Shown here: piece by piece, positions 40,290-51,128 of the stretch
How positions within the stretch are numbered: the first letter of the stretch is position 1
Layout of the letters: every line of letters starts with the position of its first letter
Source: Eledone cirrhosa
Lineage: Eukaryota
Direction of reading: 5' to 3'
Length of the DNA stretch: 64,000 bases
NCBI GenBank assembly: GCA_964016885.1
Contig: OZ024741.1
Span: 109,244,001 to 109,308,000 of the forward strand
Notes under the pieces: model-generated
The model's database searches: none
What the model was told of the DNA's origin: nothing
The model's input: the letters and a program-made list of their open reading frames with translations, nothing else
Program-made: the position numbers and the translations under genes

Positions 40290-40899
40290 GTCAGGTCACC
40301 AGTTGGTGCTACTGGTAACATGTATCCCAGTACAACCTGTCTCATGGTCGGGTCGTTGGCGACTAAACTGGCAACCCCACCAAGGTTTCTTGGTGAGGAG
40401 GGTGACTTTGGACATCCTGCAGGACTAAAAACAAAACCTGTCAAAGGGCAAAGGAGCTCTTAAGAGTCAATGGCCATCCAAAACCACCGGGAGAGATGAC
40501 CCCTTAGCCTTTGTCAAGGCAGAATTCTAGGAGAAGGAAAACTCTGATATAACACCTGCAACCCTGATGGTATCCAATGATGTTGACTTGTTCTTCTTTT
40601 TGGTAAATATCATCTTGGTTAAGAGAGTGGGACTGGCTTTGTGCAGTGCCTTTGCTCACTATAAAAGCTTCACGGCACAGGCATTGCTTTATATCTGGAG
40701 ATCTCTCTGCACTTGTCGTCACAGGGTACCATGGGCCCAGCACTATGTGTCAATAATTGTCACAAGTGTAGTGTTTGTACCAGAGTTTTCAAGTCGCTGG
40801 CTGGAATAAAAAGTCACACTCGTTCAGCGCATCGGTAGGGGTTCTCCTACATGGATATAAAGTAGTGGCCGTACTCGAAAACGAGTTGGCAGCCACCAT
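40290..40899 (+). mobile_element. Full copy of the bipartite RTE-derived element
   Basis: Reverse complement of 34584-35191; both ends lie in (TA)n. Confidence 0.8.
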
Positions 40900-41714
40900 A
40901 TATATATACACACACACATATATACAACAACAACACGAGCTCTCTCCTCTTTCTCCCTCCCTCTCTCTCTCTCTATCTCTCTTCCATTCTCCTTCTCTGT
41001 CTCCTCTCCCCCACACTATGTCTCTCTTTCAATTTACTCTCTCACAACCACTATCTCTCTCTCTCTATCTCTCTCTCTGTTTATGAAGGTACCCGGAAAA
41101 ACCCCATATCTCGGTAACCCGTGCTCCGATTTACGCGAAACTTGTTTTATTCCTTTTGTATCCCCATTTCAGGGTCAACTTCCTTTCAAAGTATAATCCC
41201 ATTATGCGCCCTTTTGGCTGTATTACATTACAGAAAAACAAGCTAGCAAGCAATCACAGTTTTAGTAATATATAGATTATATTAAATAGTCAATTAAAAC
41301 AACTTGGTTGAAATAACCATCTCATTTAGAAACTAACTATGATAACATGACATTTGTGGACAAAACTTTACCCATAAGCAAAGATCAGTTACAAAAACCA
41401 GAAAATGAAAACATATTAGGAGTATTAATAGGATAAAGAACCCCTTCGGTCAGAAATTACCATGGGTTTTGCAACTAGAGAGTACCCCTCCGAGGCAAAC
41501 CCCGAACAGTATTTTTGTGGAAGACCAGCATTCGGCCATGCATGTCACTCTCCCCTCTCCACAGCACAGATGTTGCCAAGGGCAAAGACAAAGGCCGATA
41601 GAGCTTGGCACCAGTGATGTCACAACTCATTTCTACAGCAGAAAATGCAACGCTCTATCAACTAAACCACATAATTCCTACTATATGCATATATCATAAC
41701 TTTGAGAAGTATTG

Positions 41715-42345
41715 ATTTCTAACATTGGTACATGGCCCGCAATTTGTTGGGGGAGGATAGAGTTGATTATATCTACCCAGTACTGTATTTATACTTTATT
41801 TATTCGATCCCTGAAAGGTGAAAGGTAAATTCGACTGCTGTGAGATTTCAACTCAGAATTTAAAGAGATGGAACAAATACCGCAAAGGTATTTTATCCGA
41901 TGCTCTACAAATTCTACCAATTCACAAACATTTGGCAGTATCGGTAGAGGGTCGGGTGCCATGCTTTGACGCATAGAGTTACGGCCCTTGCCTGAGTTCA
42001 AATCCCGCCGAGGTTAACTTTGCCTTTCATCCTTACGGAGTCGATAAAATAAAGAACCAGTAATGTACTGGGTAATTGCTGGCCCTGTGCCAAAAGTAGA
42101 AACAATTATTAAATCTCACAAGGGCGGTGGATTGCCAGTAATCGGTAGAGCGTTAGATACCGTGCTTTGCAGCATAGAGTTATGTCCCTTTAGGTTCTGT
42201 GCAGAAATCCAGCTGAGGTTAGCTTTGCATTTCATTCTTACGGGGTCGATAAAATAAAGTACCAATAATATACTGGGATTGATTTAATCGACTTTCCCCT
42301 CTTCCCAAATTGCTGGCGTTGTGCCTATTGTAGAAATCATTATTA
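41715..42345. mobile_element. SINE cluster (minus ~41715-41925; plus ~41932-42110 and ~42121-42345)
   Basis: Three copies of the 11598 family. Confidence 0.8.
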
Positions 42346-42491
42346 AGTCCCGCATCATAGATTCCAATCTTTCGGATCTGGTTGTTTTAGGTATGACTGA
42401 GGTTTTGCTTGGATTCTATCTCACTCTTTCCTTTATCTTATTTTTATTTACTTATTTATTGCTCTAGTACTCAGTTTTAAATAGGTTGGAC

Positions 42492-42678
42492 TAGACATGT
42501 CAAACATGCGGCCCTTTACAGGCACACCTGCGGCCCGCACACAGGTTTTTACAACGCGAGCATGTTTTATCTTCGCAATATAAAATATAAAAATTAGTTG
42601 TAATGTGCGCAATTAGTTGTCGTTTGTGGCCCTCAGACAACATGTTGCCCTCGGAGGACTCTCAGTTTGACATGCCTG
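42492..42678. mobile_element. 187-bp hAT (Charlie-like) MITE
   Basis: TIRs TAGACATGTCAAAC / GTTTGACATGCCTG, perfect 8-bp TSD GGTTGGAC (42484-42491, 42679-42686), and internal GCGGCCC motifs. Confidence 0.9.
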
Positions 42679-42939
42679 GGTTGGACTGTGTTACATACTG
42701 TTTCCAATAATGATAAGTCGATCATTTATATGATATTTGAATTTTAATTAAAGTCTTGCAGTAACTATGGGATAGCGTTCTGGTTCATTTCTTGCGTCTG
42801 ACACATTCTGTATTTGATCTGATAGGTACGGTGTTAAATACTGTTATAAACAAGTCAACTTTGTGTGCGTGTATCTCGAAGAGCAAACAACTATCTTCCC
42901 CGTAAGCATTGATTGATATACCAAATCTATATATTAATT

Positions 42940-43065
<126 letters not shown>

Positions 43066-43436
43066 TGTGTGTGTGTGTGTGTGTGTCTGTGTGCTTACAT
43101 ATAATATATGTAGTATTCAATCAACAAGTTCCCAGACCTCATACGTTTAATGAGTGGGGGTGGAACTAGTCAAATCGGACCAGGAAACAATGCTTCCATT
43201 GGTCTTTCCTTTGCTGAAACTATCAAGGTACAGTAGGTAATTAATCCATTGATTTAAGATCGTTTCAGAGAGCAAACGGTTATCGATGTGAAGATATGTA
43301 ATTCCATAGGATCAGCCACGGATAAGCGCATCCATACTGCTGTCTATCCTTAGAAACAATGACTTTTGTAATTTTATTAAATAGATGCAAACAATTCAGA
43401 TGGAAGGAATTGGCACAGCTGGGTTATATATGTATG

Positions 43437-43497
<61 letters not shown>

Positions 43498-43617
43498 CGC
43501 CAGCCCCAACAGTTTTGCAAGAGATGTCAACATGAATGGACCTATTACTTTTATCTAAAGACATGTTTTCCAATTCCATCCCACCCGTCCCCTCAATCTA
43601 TCTTATTTTTCATTCTT

Positions 43618-43653
43618 TCTTCTGATGAAGGACTAGCGTCCGAAACGTTAAGA
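43618..43653 (+). ncRNA. Minimal type-I hammerhead (extra A after the core) in a solo pLTR following (TA)n
   Basis: tctt-CTGATGA-a-ggac(tagc)gtcc-GAAA-cg-TT-aaga. Confidence 0.85.
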
Positions 43654-44407
43654 CCCTCTTCCTGCAATATCAAGCGTTAACCTAATATATTCTTTCCATA
43701 TACTGTACCGATTGTGTTGGTATAAGTGTGTGTGTGTACTTACAGTAAACATGCTGACTACACGGGGTTGTGTATACAAGGCACCAATAAGTAATGATGC
43801 AATTCGACTCAACCACACAATGTCATGTTTTTTCTTCCAAATATAATTTGTCAGTGAGTGACGGAGTATGTGTAGAATATGGGAAAGGTGAAGGTCAATG
43901 TTAATAAATTCCTTTGTTAATAAAGCACTCTTTAACATCTACACTGAACTTCGCATTGTCCTCTCTCTATATATATGTATGTGTGTGTATGTGTGTATGT
44001 GTGTATGTGTGTGTGTTTGTGTGTGTGTGTGTATTATGTGAGTTTTGGGGACTGTGTGTGTCCTCGTGTGTAGAGGTGTATAGTAAGAGCTTTGTAAATT
44101 TAGTAAGTTATATTACACAAAAGTTATACTCATCAATATTGATAATAACAGAAATAGAACTGAACATGCGCCATCTTAACAAACGCTGTGTAACTACGGC
44201 ACATTTAGATACCCAAGCGATATACTAACTCTATACTTAAAAGAAACACAAAAGAATAAAATCATAATCGCTTAAATCTTAGTATTTCCATTAAGAAAAT
44301 AATAGTTATTAGATATGTTTCTTGAGAATAAATTTACAAAATAGTTTGTATGTATACCTTCATATTTTTATTTATTTCAGATATTGGAAATGAAAGGAAA
44401 TTGGTAG

Positions 44408-44448
<41 letters not shown>

Positions 44449-45196
44449 TTTTTTTTTTTTCATATTCTTGAATAAAAGAAGATAGATGATAAATATGAAT
44501 GTAAAGCATTTTATTTTTTTTAATGATATAAAGTTAGCAGCTGCTGACTAAATTCAATTAAATGCAAAGAGAAGTATATATTATTGATCAAAACCTATAC
44601 AGATATCTCTTTTATTTTATATTTTGCTCGATATATACAAACTACAAGAAATTTATATATCAGCAGACCAATATGAAATAATATAAAACATAGTATAACG
44701 TAATATATAATAATATTTATGAACTGAATAAATGTTTTTTTAGTAGTAATTGCGGACAAAATGAATTGAAACTTAAAGGCGGTTAACTATAGAAGAAAAC
44801 AATTAGAATGAAAATGAATGAAATGTTAACTAATATCCAATGGCCTTTTCCTGTTTTCCTTTTTACTTTTCAATTATATACAACTTTCTATGCAGCTTTT
44901 CTAACACGTATGTCTGATTTTATACGCGTCGGTAACGGGAGTATGTTTCTGTGTGTATGACTGTGCTTTGGTGTATGGTATGATTCTTTACGTGAAAGTG
45001 TCAGACTGTTTGTGTGTAAGAGAATGTATGTATATATATATATATATATATTTATAACACAGAGGGTTGTGGTAAGATACCAGGTGAACCATAACGCACC
45101 AGGGTACTCAATACGTATGGTAGTAGAGTGGGTAATCGGATCTAGCTGTCGAAACGGCCGGAGCTCACCCATCGGTGTCCTGACTTTTTTTCTTAC

Positions 45197-45232
<36 letters not shown>

Positions 45233-45482
45233 GGGGAGATAGAAAGAGAGAGAGATAAATAGATAGATTTCTTTATTTACCATAAAGGCATAAAAAGAAG
45301 GGACAAATACAAAGGGGGAGTTTACATATAATCGAGTAAAAAGGGTGTAATATGAAAATAATCGAAAATAACCTCAAAAGGGAGGGGACGTGATGGGGGT
45401 TGCACACACCCCCGAAAAAGTGTGCAATCCTTTGCCCGGGGAGCACATGGAGAAGGTGCTCCCCTCTCCTTTACTTCTTTAC

Positions 45483-48400
45483 CTACAGGATGGTATACAG
45501 AGAAGGCCCATTTACACGAGCCATTCTCGCCACTATCACCCACCTTTCATAAAACTGCCTGTGGCCAAGCACCTCTCTCTCCATTCTTATCCTTCTTCCG
45601 AAGTGATATCGGAAGAAGTAGACCAGACTATGGCCAGAGAGGAAGTTGCCTGACCTCAGACCTTTCAATCGTGTCCACCAAACAACCTCTTTCAACATGG
45701 CTATTACGCACAGAAAAACCGCCTTTGCTTCCTTTGTGAAGAGGGGAGGCGGTTTGATTGTCATCACGGACTCGGCGGTCAATTTAATCGGCGCCACCCG
45801 CGACAGCAGTTGTTCGGCGTAGCCCCACAGATCAGCCACGCCCGGACATTGCACCAATGCGTGCGCAACGGTTTCTTCGTGACGCACGCATCTAGGGCAA
45901 ATCTTTTTTGAGGGATCCCTGCCCGGGCGCCCGTGTCTGTAGAGCCTCTCTCGAACGGGTAGAGCCCCCCGGTAGCACTGCCAGGCCAGTGACTTCTGGA
46001 AGTTGTCCATTGGTCCTGGGCCGAAAGTCCTACCGAACAGGCTGGCCAGTTCGTCTTCTTCCATGTCCAGCGACTCTCCAAGGGTGTCATCGCCCCTGCT
46101 AGCCACCAGCCCTCTATAGAATGATGAGGTGGATTCTCCACCGATGGCCTGGCCCGCTTGCCAGAGAGCCCTGAGCGCCTGAGCACACTCAGTGTGCCAG
46201 TCTCCCAGTTTTCCGGATCTTTGCTTGACCCAGGACTGTAGCTCGGTGAGTGAGACGAGTCTCGGAAAGGCTCGTTTCACGAACGGAGCCCACACCGGTT
46301 GACCAGTGAGGAATACCTGTAGGTGCCGTAGCCTTAATGCGTGCCTACGCATCATCAACCACGGCATCCCCAGCCCTCCTTTCGAAGGTTGTTGGCAGCA
46401 GATGGATCTTCTCACCATAGGAGGACGCTTCTTCCAAAGAAATTGGAAGAGCATGCGTTTCATGGTGGTGAGTGTTTCCTTAGGGCAAGGCACGACAGTC
46501 AGGCGGTAGTAAGTGACGGACGCTATGTAAATGTTCGCCACCTCCGCTCGGCCTTTTAGGGACAGCTTACACTTGGCCCATTTCTGGGTTAGTGCAAACA
46601 CCTTGTTCGTAACCTCGTTCCAGTTCTTTTCCACCTGGAGGTCCGGTCCAAACCAGACCCCAAGCAACTTTACCGGGCCCTCCGTCCAGTGTCCGACGAC
46701 ACCGTCAGGAGGCATCGGTTTGCCTCTCCACGTTCTGAGTTGCAGCCCGATGGATTTTTCCCGGTTCAGTTTCGCTCCTGACAACCTTTCGTACTCCTCC
46801 AGTAAGGTACCGATCGCCTCGATCTCCGAGTCGGTTGATACCATTACTGTTACGTCATCGGCGTAGGCCGACACCGCTTTGCTCAATCCTGGTTCCAGGG
46901 GGATACCCTGCAACAACTCCAACTTCCTCAGTAAAGGCTCGAGAGTCAATACGTACAGAAGGGAGGAGAGAGGGCACCCCTGTCGAATGGATCGTGTGAT
47001 TTCGAACGGCTTCGAAAGGTAGCCGTTCACCTTGATCCTAGAACAGATGTGGTTGCTATGTAGGGCAGTGATCCAGCCTCTGAAAACAGGACCGAACCCA
47101 GCCGCCGCTATCACCGCATCCAGGTAACCATGGTCGACCCTATCGAAGGCGTTAGACTGATCCAAGTTGATCAGGGCCCCACCGAAGCCGGGTTTGTTGC
47201 CAACCCTCTCTATGATGTATCGCATGAGGTGGAGGTTATCGTGAATGGACCTGGATGGGATAGCACATGTCTGCGCATCTCCCACCAGGCCACCCACGAC
47301 AAGCGCCAACCTCTTTGCTAACACCTTGGCCAAAATCTTTAACTCTGTGTTTAGCAGGGTTATGGGCCGAAAATTATTTATACTATCCCCCTTGTTCTCG
47401 TCCTTCCTCACCAGCGTGACTACGCCCTTGGCTACAGAACAAGGAATTCTCCCGTTCTGCTGCCAATTGCAGTAGACCGCTTCGAGGAGTTCGGAGAAGA
47501 AGACCGGCATTGCTAAATAAAGTTCGTAAGGTATACCATCGAGACCTGGAGATTTGCGTCTGCTGCATTGGCTCAGCGCATCTCCGATCTCATCAGCCGA
47601 GATTGGTCCCTCGCAGGACTCTGCCTCTTCGTTCGAGAGACGCGGCAGGCCGTCGAAGTATGGACCGAAATCCACGCCCCGGCCCGGACCCTCGCCTCCC
47701 CCGAACAATCGGGCAAAGTGCTTTTGAAAGGCCTCGCACATCTGCTTAGGCTCCCGGATCACTCGTCCATCTTCGTCTTGCAACGACCGGATGGTGGATC
47801 GATTTCCACTCTTAGCTTCTGTCACGCGGGCCCATCCAACGGCTTTGGCCCCCTCATTACCTAGAGCACGTATTTTACTTCGAATGACGCAGCCTTCGTG
47901 CTTTGCATCGAAAAACTGGTTCAAGGCCGTCCTCGATGCCAGCACTCTGGCCACATCTTCGCTCTTGATTGCCTCTTCTAATTTACCTGTTAATTCTTTC
48001 TCGTTTCTATTCCTATCGGCAGCTAACATCTTGCTATAACTTATTGATTCTGTTCTAATCTCTCTTTTGAGAGATGCCCACCATCGGTTGTTGAGGATTG
48101 CACCCGTCAACCTCTCCTTAACTAATCTGCTAATCCGGTTTCTGTAAGTCTCTTTTGCCGGTAAAGACAAATTAAGTTTCCTGTAACCGGGACCCTGTCT
48201 ATGTGTTTTCTCGAGATTGACCACGCAGGTCACTAATTTGTGATCCGTGTAGCCAACCGTGCGCATTTCTGGACAGCTTAATATGTCCCTATCCTTACTT
48301 CTAACTAAGAATCTATCTAAGTACGATCTAGATTGACCACTGTGGTTTCTCCAAGTCCAGGTAGGCACAGTTGGAAAATCTAGTCGATATCTATCGACCA

Positions 48401-48920
48401 AGTTAAAACGGTCGAGTAACCCCTTGAGGCTGTTACACCCCCCTCTATTAGGACATGCTCCTGCATAGTCCCAACATGCATCCAGGATGTCATTCCAATC
48501 CCCCGCTAGAAGCAGGGAACGCGACGTTCCCAGAAAAGTCTCCAAACGCTGGAAGAAGTCGGGCCGTTCAGCTCCGAAAGGGGAGTAGACGGCGACCAGT
48601 CTCAAGGCCGCACTTTCACTACTGCCAACGTCTAACACCAACAAACGACCCTCCGGGTCCGAGTGCACAACCTGTACGGCAAGACCCAGGTGTTTTTGCA
48701 GCAGTACGACAACCCCACCCCCACCTCCAGGTTGACAGAGAGATGCATGCACCTCAAAGTCATCGAAGATGGGGGCCAGCTGCCGCACGACGCTGATTCG
48801 AGTCTCACAGATAACCATTACATTTATACTACATGACCTGAGGTCATTTAGAAGCTTTGCTTGCTTCCAAGTTGAGCCCAGGCCACGTGCATTCAAACAT
48901 CCTACTCTTAACACATCCAT
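45483..48920 (-). CDS. Tx1 ORF2: APE endonuclease, reverse transcriptase and C-terminal zinc finger (1145 aa, open)
   Basis: NARGL, CET, GDWN, SYLDRF, TDH; KSPGLDG, FRPITLLN, AFDRV, RQGCPLS, YADD; CPRC..ET..H...C. Confidence 0.95.
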   Translation of the reverse strand: MDVLRVGCLNARGLGSTWKQAKLLNDLRSCSINVMVICETRISVVRQLAPIFDDFEVHASLCQPGGGGGVVVLLQKHLGLAVQVVHSDPEGRLLVLDVGSSESAALRLVAVYSPFGAERPDFFQRLETFLGTSRSLLLAGDWNDILDACWDYAGACPNRGGCNSLKGLLDRFNLVDRYRLDFPTVPTWTWRNHSGQSRSYLDRFLVRSKDRDILSCPEMRTVGYTDHKLVTCVVNLEKTHRQGPGYRKLNLSLPAKETYRNRISRLVKERLTGAILNNRWWASLKREIRTESISYSKMLAADRNRNEKELTGKLEEAIKSEDVARVLASRTALNQFFDAKHEGCVIRSKIRALGNEGAKAVGWARVTEAKSGNRSTIRSLQDEDGRVIREPKQMCEAFQKHFARLFGGGEGPGRGVDFGPYFDGLPRLSNEEAESCEGPISADEIGDALSQCSRRKSPGLDGIPYELYLAMPVFFSELLEAVYCNWQQNGRIPCSVAKGVVTLVRKDENKGDSINNFRPITLLNTELKILAKVLAKRLALVVGGLVGDAQTCAIPSRSIHDNLHLMRYIIERVGNKPGFGGALINLDQSNAFDRVDHGYLDAVIAAAGFGPVFRGWITALHSNHICSRIKVNGYLSKPFEITRSIRQGCPLSSLLYVLTLEPLLRKLELLQGIPLEPGLSKAVSAYADDVTVMVSTDSEIEAIGTLLEEYERLSGAKLNREKSIGLQLRTWRGKPMPPDGVVGHWTEGPVKLLGVWFGPDLQVEKNWNEVTNKVFALTQKWAKCKLSLKGRAEVANIYIASVTYYRLTVVPCPKETLTTMKRMLFQFLWKKRPPMVRRSICCQQPSKGGLGMPWLMMRRHALRLRHLQVFLTGQPVWAPFVKRAFPRLVSLTELQSWVKQRSGKLGDWHTECAQALRALWQAGQAIGGESTSSFYRGLVASRGDDTLGESLDMEEDELASLFGRTFGPGPMDNFQKSLAWQCYRGALPVRERLYRHGRPGRDPSKKICPRCVRHEETVAHALVQCPGVADLWGYAEQLLSRVAPIKLTAESVMTIKPPPLFTKEAKAVFLCVIAMLKEVVWWTRLKGLRSGNFLSGHSLVYFFRYHFGRRIRMEREVLGHRQFYERWVIVARMARVNGPSLYTIL

Positions 48921-48953
48921 GTGGGCGGCAGAGCCAAAGGAGAGTGTAGAGAC

Positions 48954-50831
48954 CTACCTTTCCGCTTCCCGGGGTTCGGGTTGCACGACTTCCATGGGGT
49001 CGGGGGTGTTGGGTGAAGGGGTGTCTTGTGGTGGTGTGGGGTCGTCAGTGTGTGGTGGGGTTGGAGTGTTTGGAGTTGTGTTGGGGAGGGGAAGGGGAGG
49101 GGGAAAGCTTTTTAGTAGGACGCGGTTTATGGGTTTGACAGAAGGTGGTCCTACGTCCTCCTTAAAATCCTTTTTTAGTTTTTGGTAGAGGTTCATTGGG
49201 ATCTTTATTAGTTTTAAATGTGGGTGGTTTTCTGACGAAACAAAGTTTACACCTTCGGTTTGTACCGAAGGATTATTGTATATGAGTTCATTTAATTTAT
49301 TATTGTTTCTGTTGATGTAAGTATAGTGTAATGTCTTTTTTTCCGATGGTGTGAGTGTTTCGAAGAGGGGAGGGGCAGGTTTGGTGTTGTTTGTTGCTGG
49401 AGGGGTGTTTTCTGTTTTGTTGGATTGTGTTGAGATTTGGGTGGGGGTTGTTTGTCCTTGTGTGTTTTGCACATGTTTTCTTTTTTTCCTTTTAATCTGT
49501 CTGAAGGACTCCGTTTCTTCCTCCGAATTCGTTGGGTTATCTTCAGTGTTGGAGGGAAGAGGTATGTTTGCTGGTAATGTTTCCGTGTTGGTTTTCTTTA
49601 TGGGGGAGATGGATGTCACTATGTTAGACTGTGTTGTGTGTTGTGTCTGCGGTGGTTGTGTTGTTTTATTGAGTGAGAGGTTGGGTGGGCCTGTATTTTG
49701 TTTTGGGGTAATGTGTTGTGACTGTTTGTGTTGTGGTGGTGTTGTGGTTTTACTGAGGGACGGGTTGGGTGGGACTGAGTTTTGTTGTTTGTTTATCTGT
49801 TGTGGTGGTGGTGGTGGAGCTGGTGTTGGTAGCAGGGTTTTCTTTTTGTTGAGTTGGGGACAAGCGGCCTTCAGGTGCCTTCTGCCTGCACAGATATGGC
49901 AGGACGGCCTTCTCCCCTCCACGCTAATGTTTATATACCCGTGGTCCTCTAATAGGATTCTGTCGGGTATTTGGGCGATGCGTTCAGGCTTCATTTGTAC
50001 TACCAGCTCTATACCTGTTCCACTGAACGCATTGCCTGTGGTTTTCCCAATGGAAATCACGTTGTCATTCACTGGATCGATGAAGCCAGCTATGAGCCAG
50101 CAGTAGTCCACATCTGGCATCATTGCATCCAGCCATATGCGTTGAGTTCTTTTCCCCATATAAGATGGATAAAAGGTGAAATTTTTCGAACGAATCGGTG
50201 ACAAAGCACATTTTTTTGCCGCCGATTCGTTCTTCATGATAATTGCTAGGCTTCCATACAGTCTGTCTTTTCTTATGAAAGTGGTTTCATTGAGTACTTC
50301 TGTGAGTACTGTTTTGATATCTGCTTGAGAAGGCTGTTCAGGTTTTTTTGTACTCTTGTTGATGGTCCGAAACTTGACCGTTCGGCTTTCAATGTCTTTC
50401 GTGAATTCTTGAGGCATTTTTACCGATAAAATACCATTCTCTCCTTCACTTATGTATTGTTTGGCGTCCGTGATCCTTCGTACCACATCTGAAATGTTTT
50501 CCGCTATATAAGTCAAAGATTTCTTTGTTTTCTGTGCAAATGAAATCTTGTCGTCTGCTTTGTTTTCTGATATGGTGTTATTTTCAACTGTTATTTTTGT
50601 GTTTGTTGTGTCTTTGTTTGTGTTATTAGTATTGTCATGCAATTTTTCAAATTTTTTTTTTTCGTTGTTGGAATCCAAGTCCAGATTTGTGTTTTCGTCA
50701 TTTAATTTTTTCTCCGCAGATTCGTCTGTTTTTATTTTAATTTTTCCTTCCTTCTCTATGACGTTAGTTGGGAAGGAAGGGAGGACTAAAGCGTGCGAGC
50801 TTACAACTCTTACCGCTGTCCCCCCCACCAC
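48954..50831 (-). CDS. Tx1 ORF1 (gag-like, zinc knuckle, P/T/Q-rich tail); true start probably the ATG at 50856
   Basis: CHICAGRRHLKAAC matches CX2CX4HX4C; the ORF ends 33 nt before the ORF2 ATG. Confidence 0.88.
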   Translation of the reverse strand: MVGGTAVRVVSSHALVLPSFPTNVIEKEGKIKIKTDESAEKKLNDENTNLDLDSNNEKKKFEKLHDNTNNTNKDTTNTKITVENNTISENKADDKISFAQKTKKSLTYIAENISDVVRRITDAKQYISEGENGILSVKMPQEFTKDIESRTVKFRTINKSTKKPEQPSQADIKTVLTEVLNETTFIRKDRLYGSLAIIMKNESAAKKCALSPIRSKNFTFYPSYMGKRTQRIWLDAMMPDVDYCWLIAGFIDPVNDNVISIGKTTGNAFSGTGIELVVQMKPERIAQIPDRILLEDHGYINISVEGRRPSCHICAGRRHLKAACPQLNKKKTLLPTPAPPPPPQQINKQQNSVPPNPSLSKTTTPPQHKQSQHITPKQNTGPPNLSLNKTTQPPQTQHTTQSNIVTSISPIKKTNTETLPANIPLPSNTEDNPTNSEEETESFRQIKRKKRKHVQNTQGQTTPTQISTQSNKTENTPPATNNTKPAPPLFETLTPSEKKTLHYTYINRNNNKLNELIYNNPSVQTEGVNFVSSENHPHLKLIKIPMNLYQKLKKDFKEDVGPPSVKPINRVLLKSFPPPLPLPNTTPNTPTPPHTDDPTPPQDTPSPNTPDPMEVVQPEPREAER

Positions 50832-51128
50832 TATTTTCGTTCGCTGCGTTTAACATTTCTGTTAGACGATTGAAATTTTTTACACAAAATTTTTTAAAAC
50901 AGGTTTTTCACCTCTAGGAGGGGTAAAGATGAGCTGACCCACCGCCTGACAGTTCAGACGGAGGGTCAAGCTACACAATTGTATCAAAATTAAGTTTGAA
51001 CTCACAAAATTTCCTCAATAAATTTGAACAAAACTTCTGTGCGAAGTGAATGACATCCACACTGTAGAACAGACGACAGCTAGATCGAGAGAGAGATAAA
51101 TAGATAGATAGATAAATAGATATATATG

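Larger units (their letters stand above)
45268..51086 (-). mobile_element. Apparently full-length Tx1-clade LINE
   Basis: ORF1 plus ORF2 and a 3' AATAAA; both ends abut (TC)/(TATC) microsatellite. Confidence 0.93.

Noticed and set aside
40290-40380. HDV-like ribozyme at the 5' end of the bipartite element
   Set aside because: P2, P3 and P4-like helices exist, but no P1 3' strand follows P3, so it is not called as a feature.
45139-45151. 13-bp inverted match (GATCTAGCTGTCG) to the Tx1 5' end at 51074-51086
   Set aside because: Most of it is explained by the TAGCCGTCGAAAC motif of the fold-back family; it is likely chance and not a TIR.
45779-50853. Overlapping antisense or alternate-frame ORFs within the Tx1 elements (e.g. 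49351-50106)
   Set aside because: They are shadow ORFs of GC-rich or low-complexity coding sequence.
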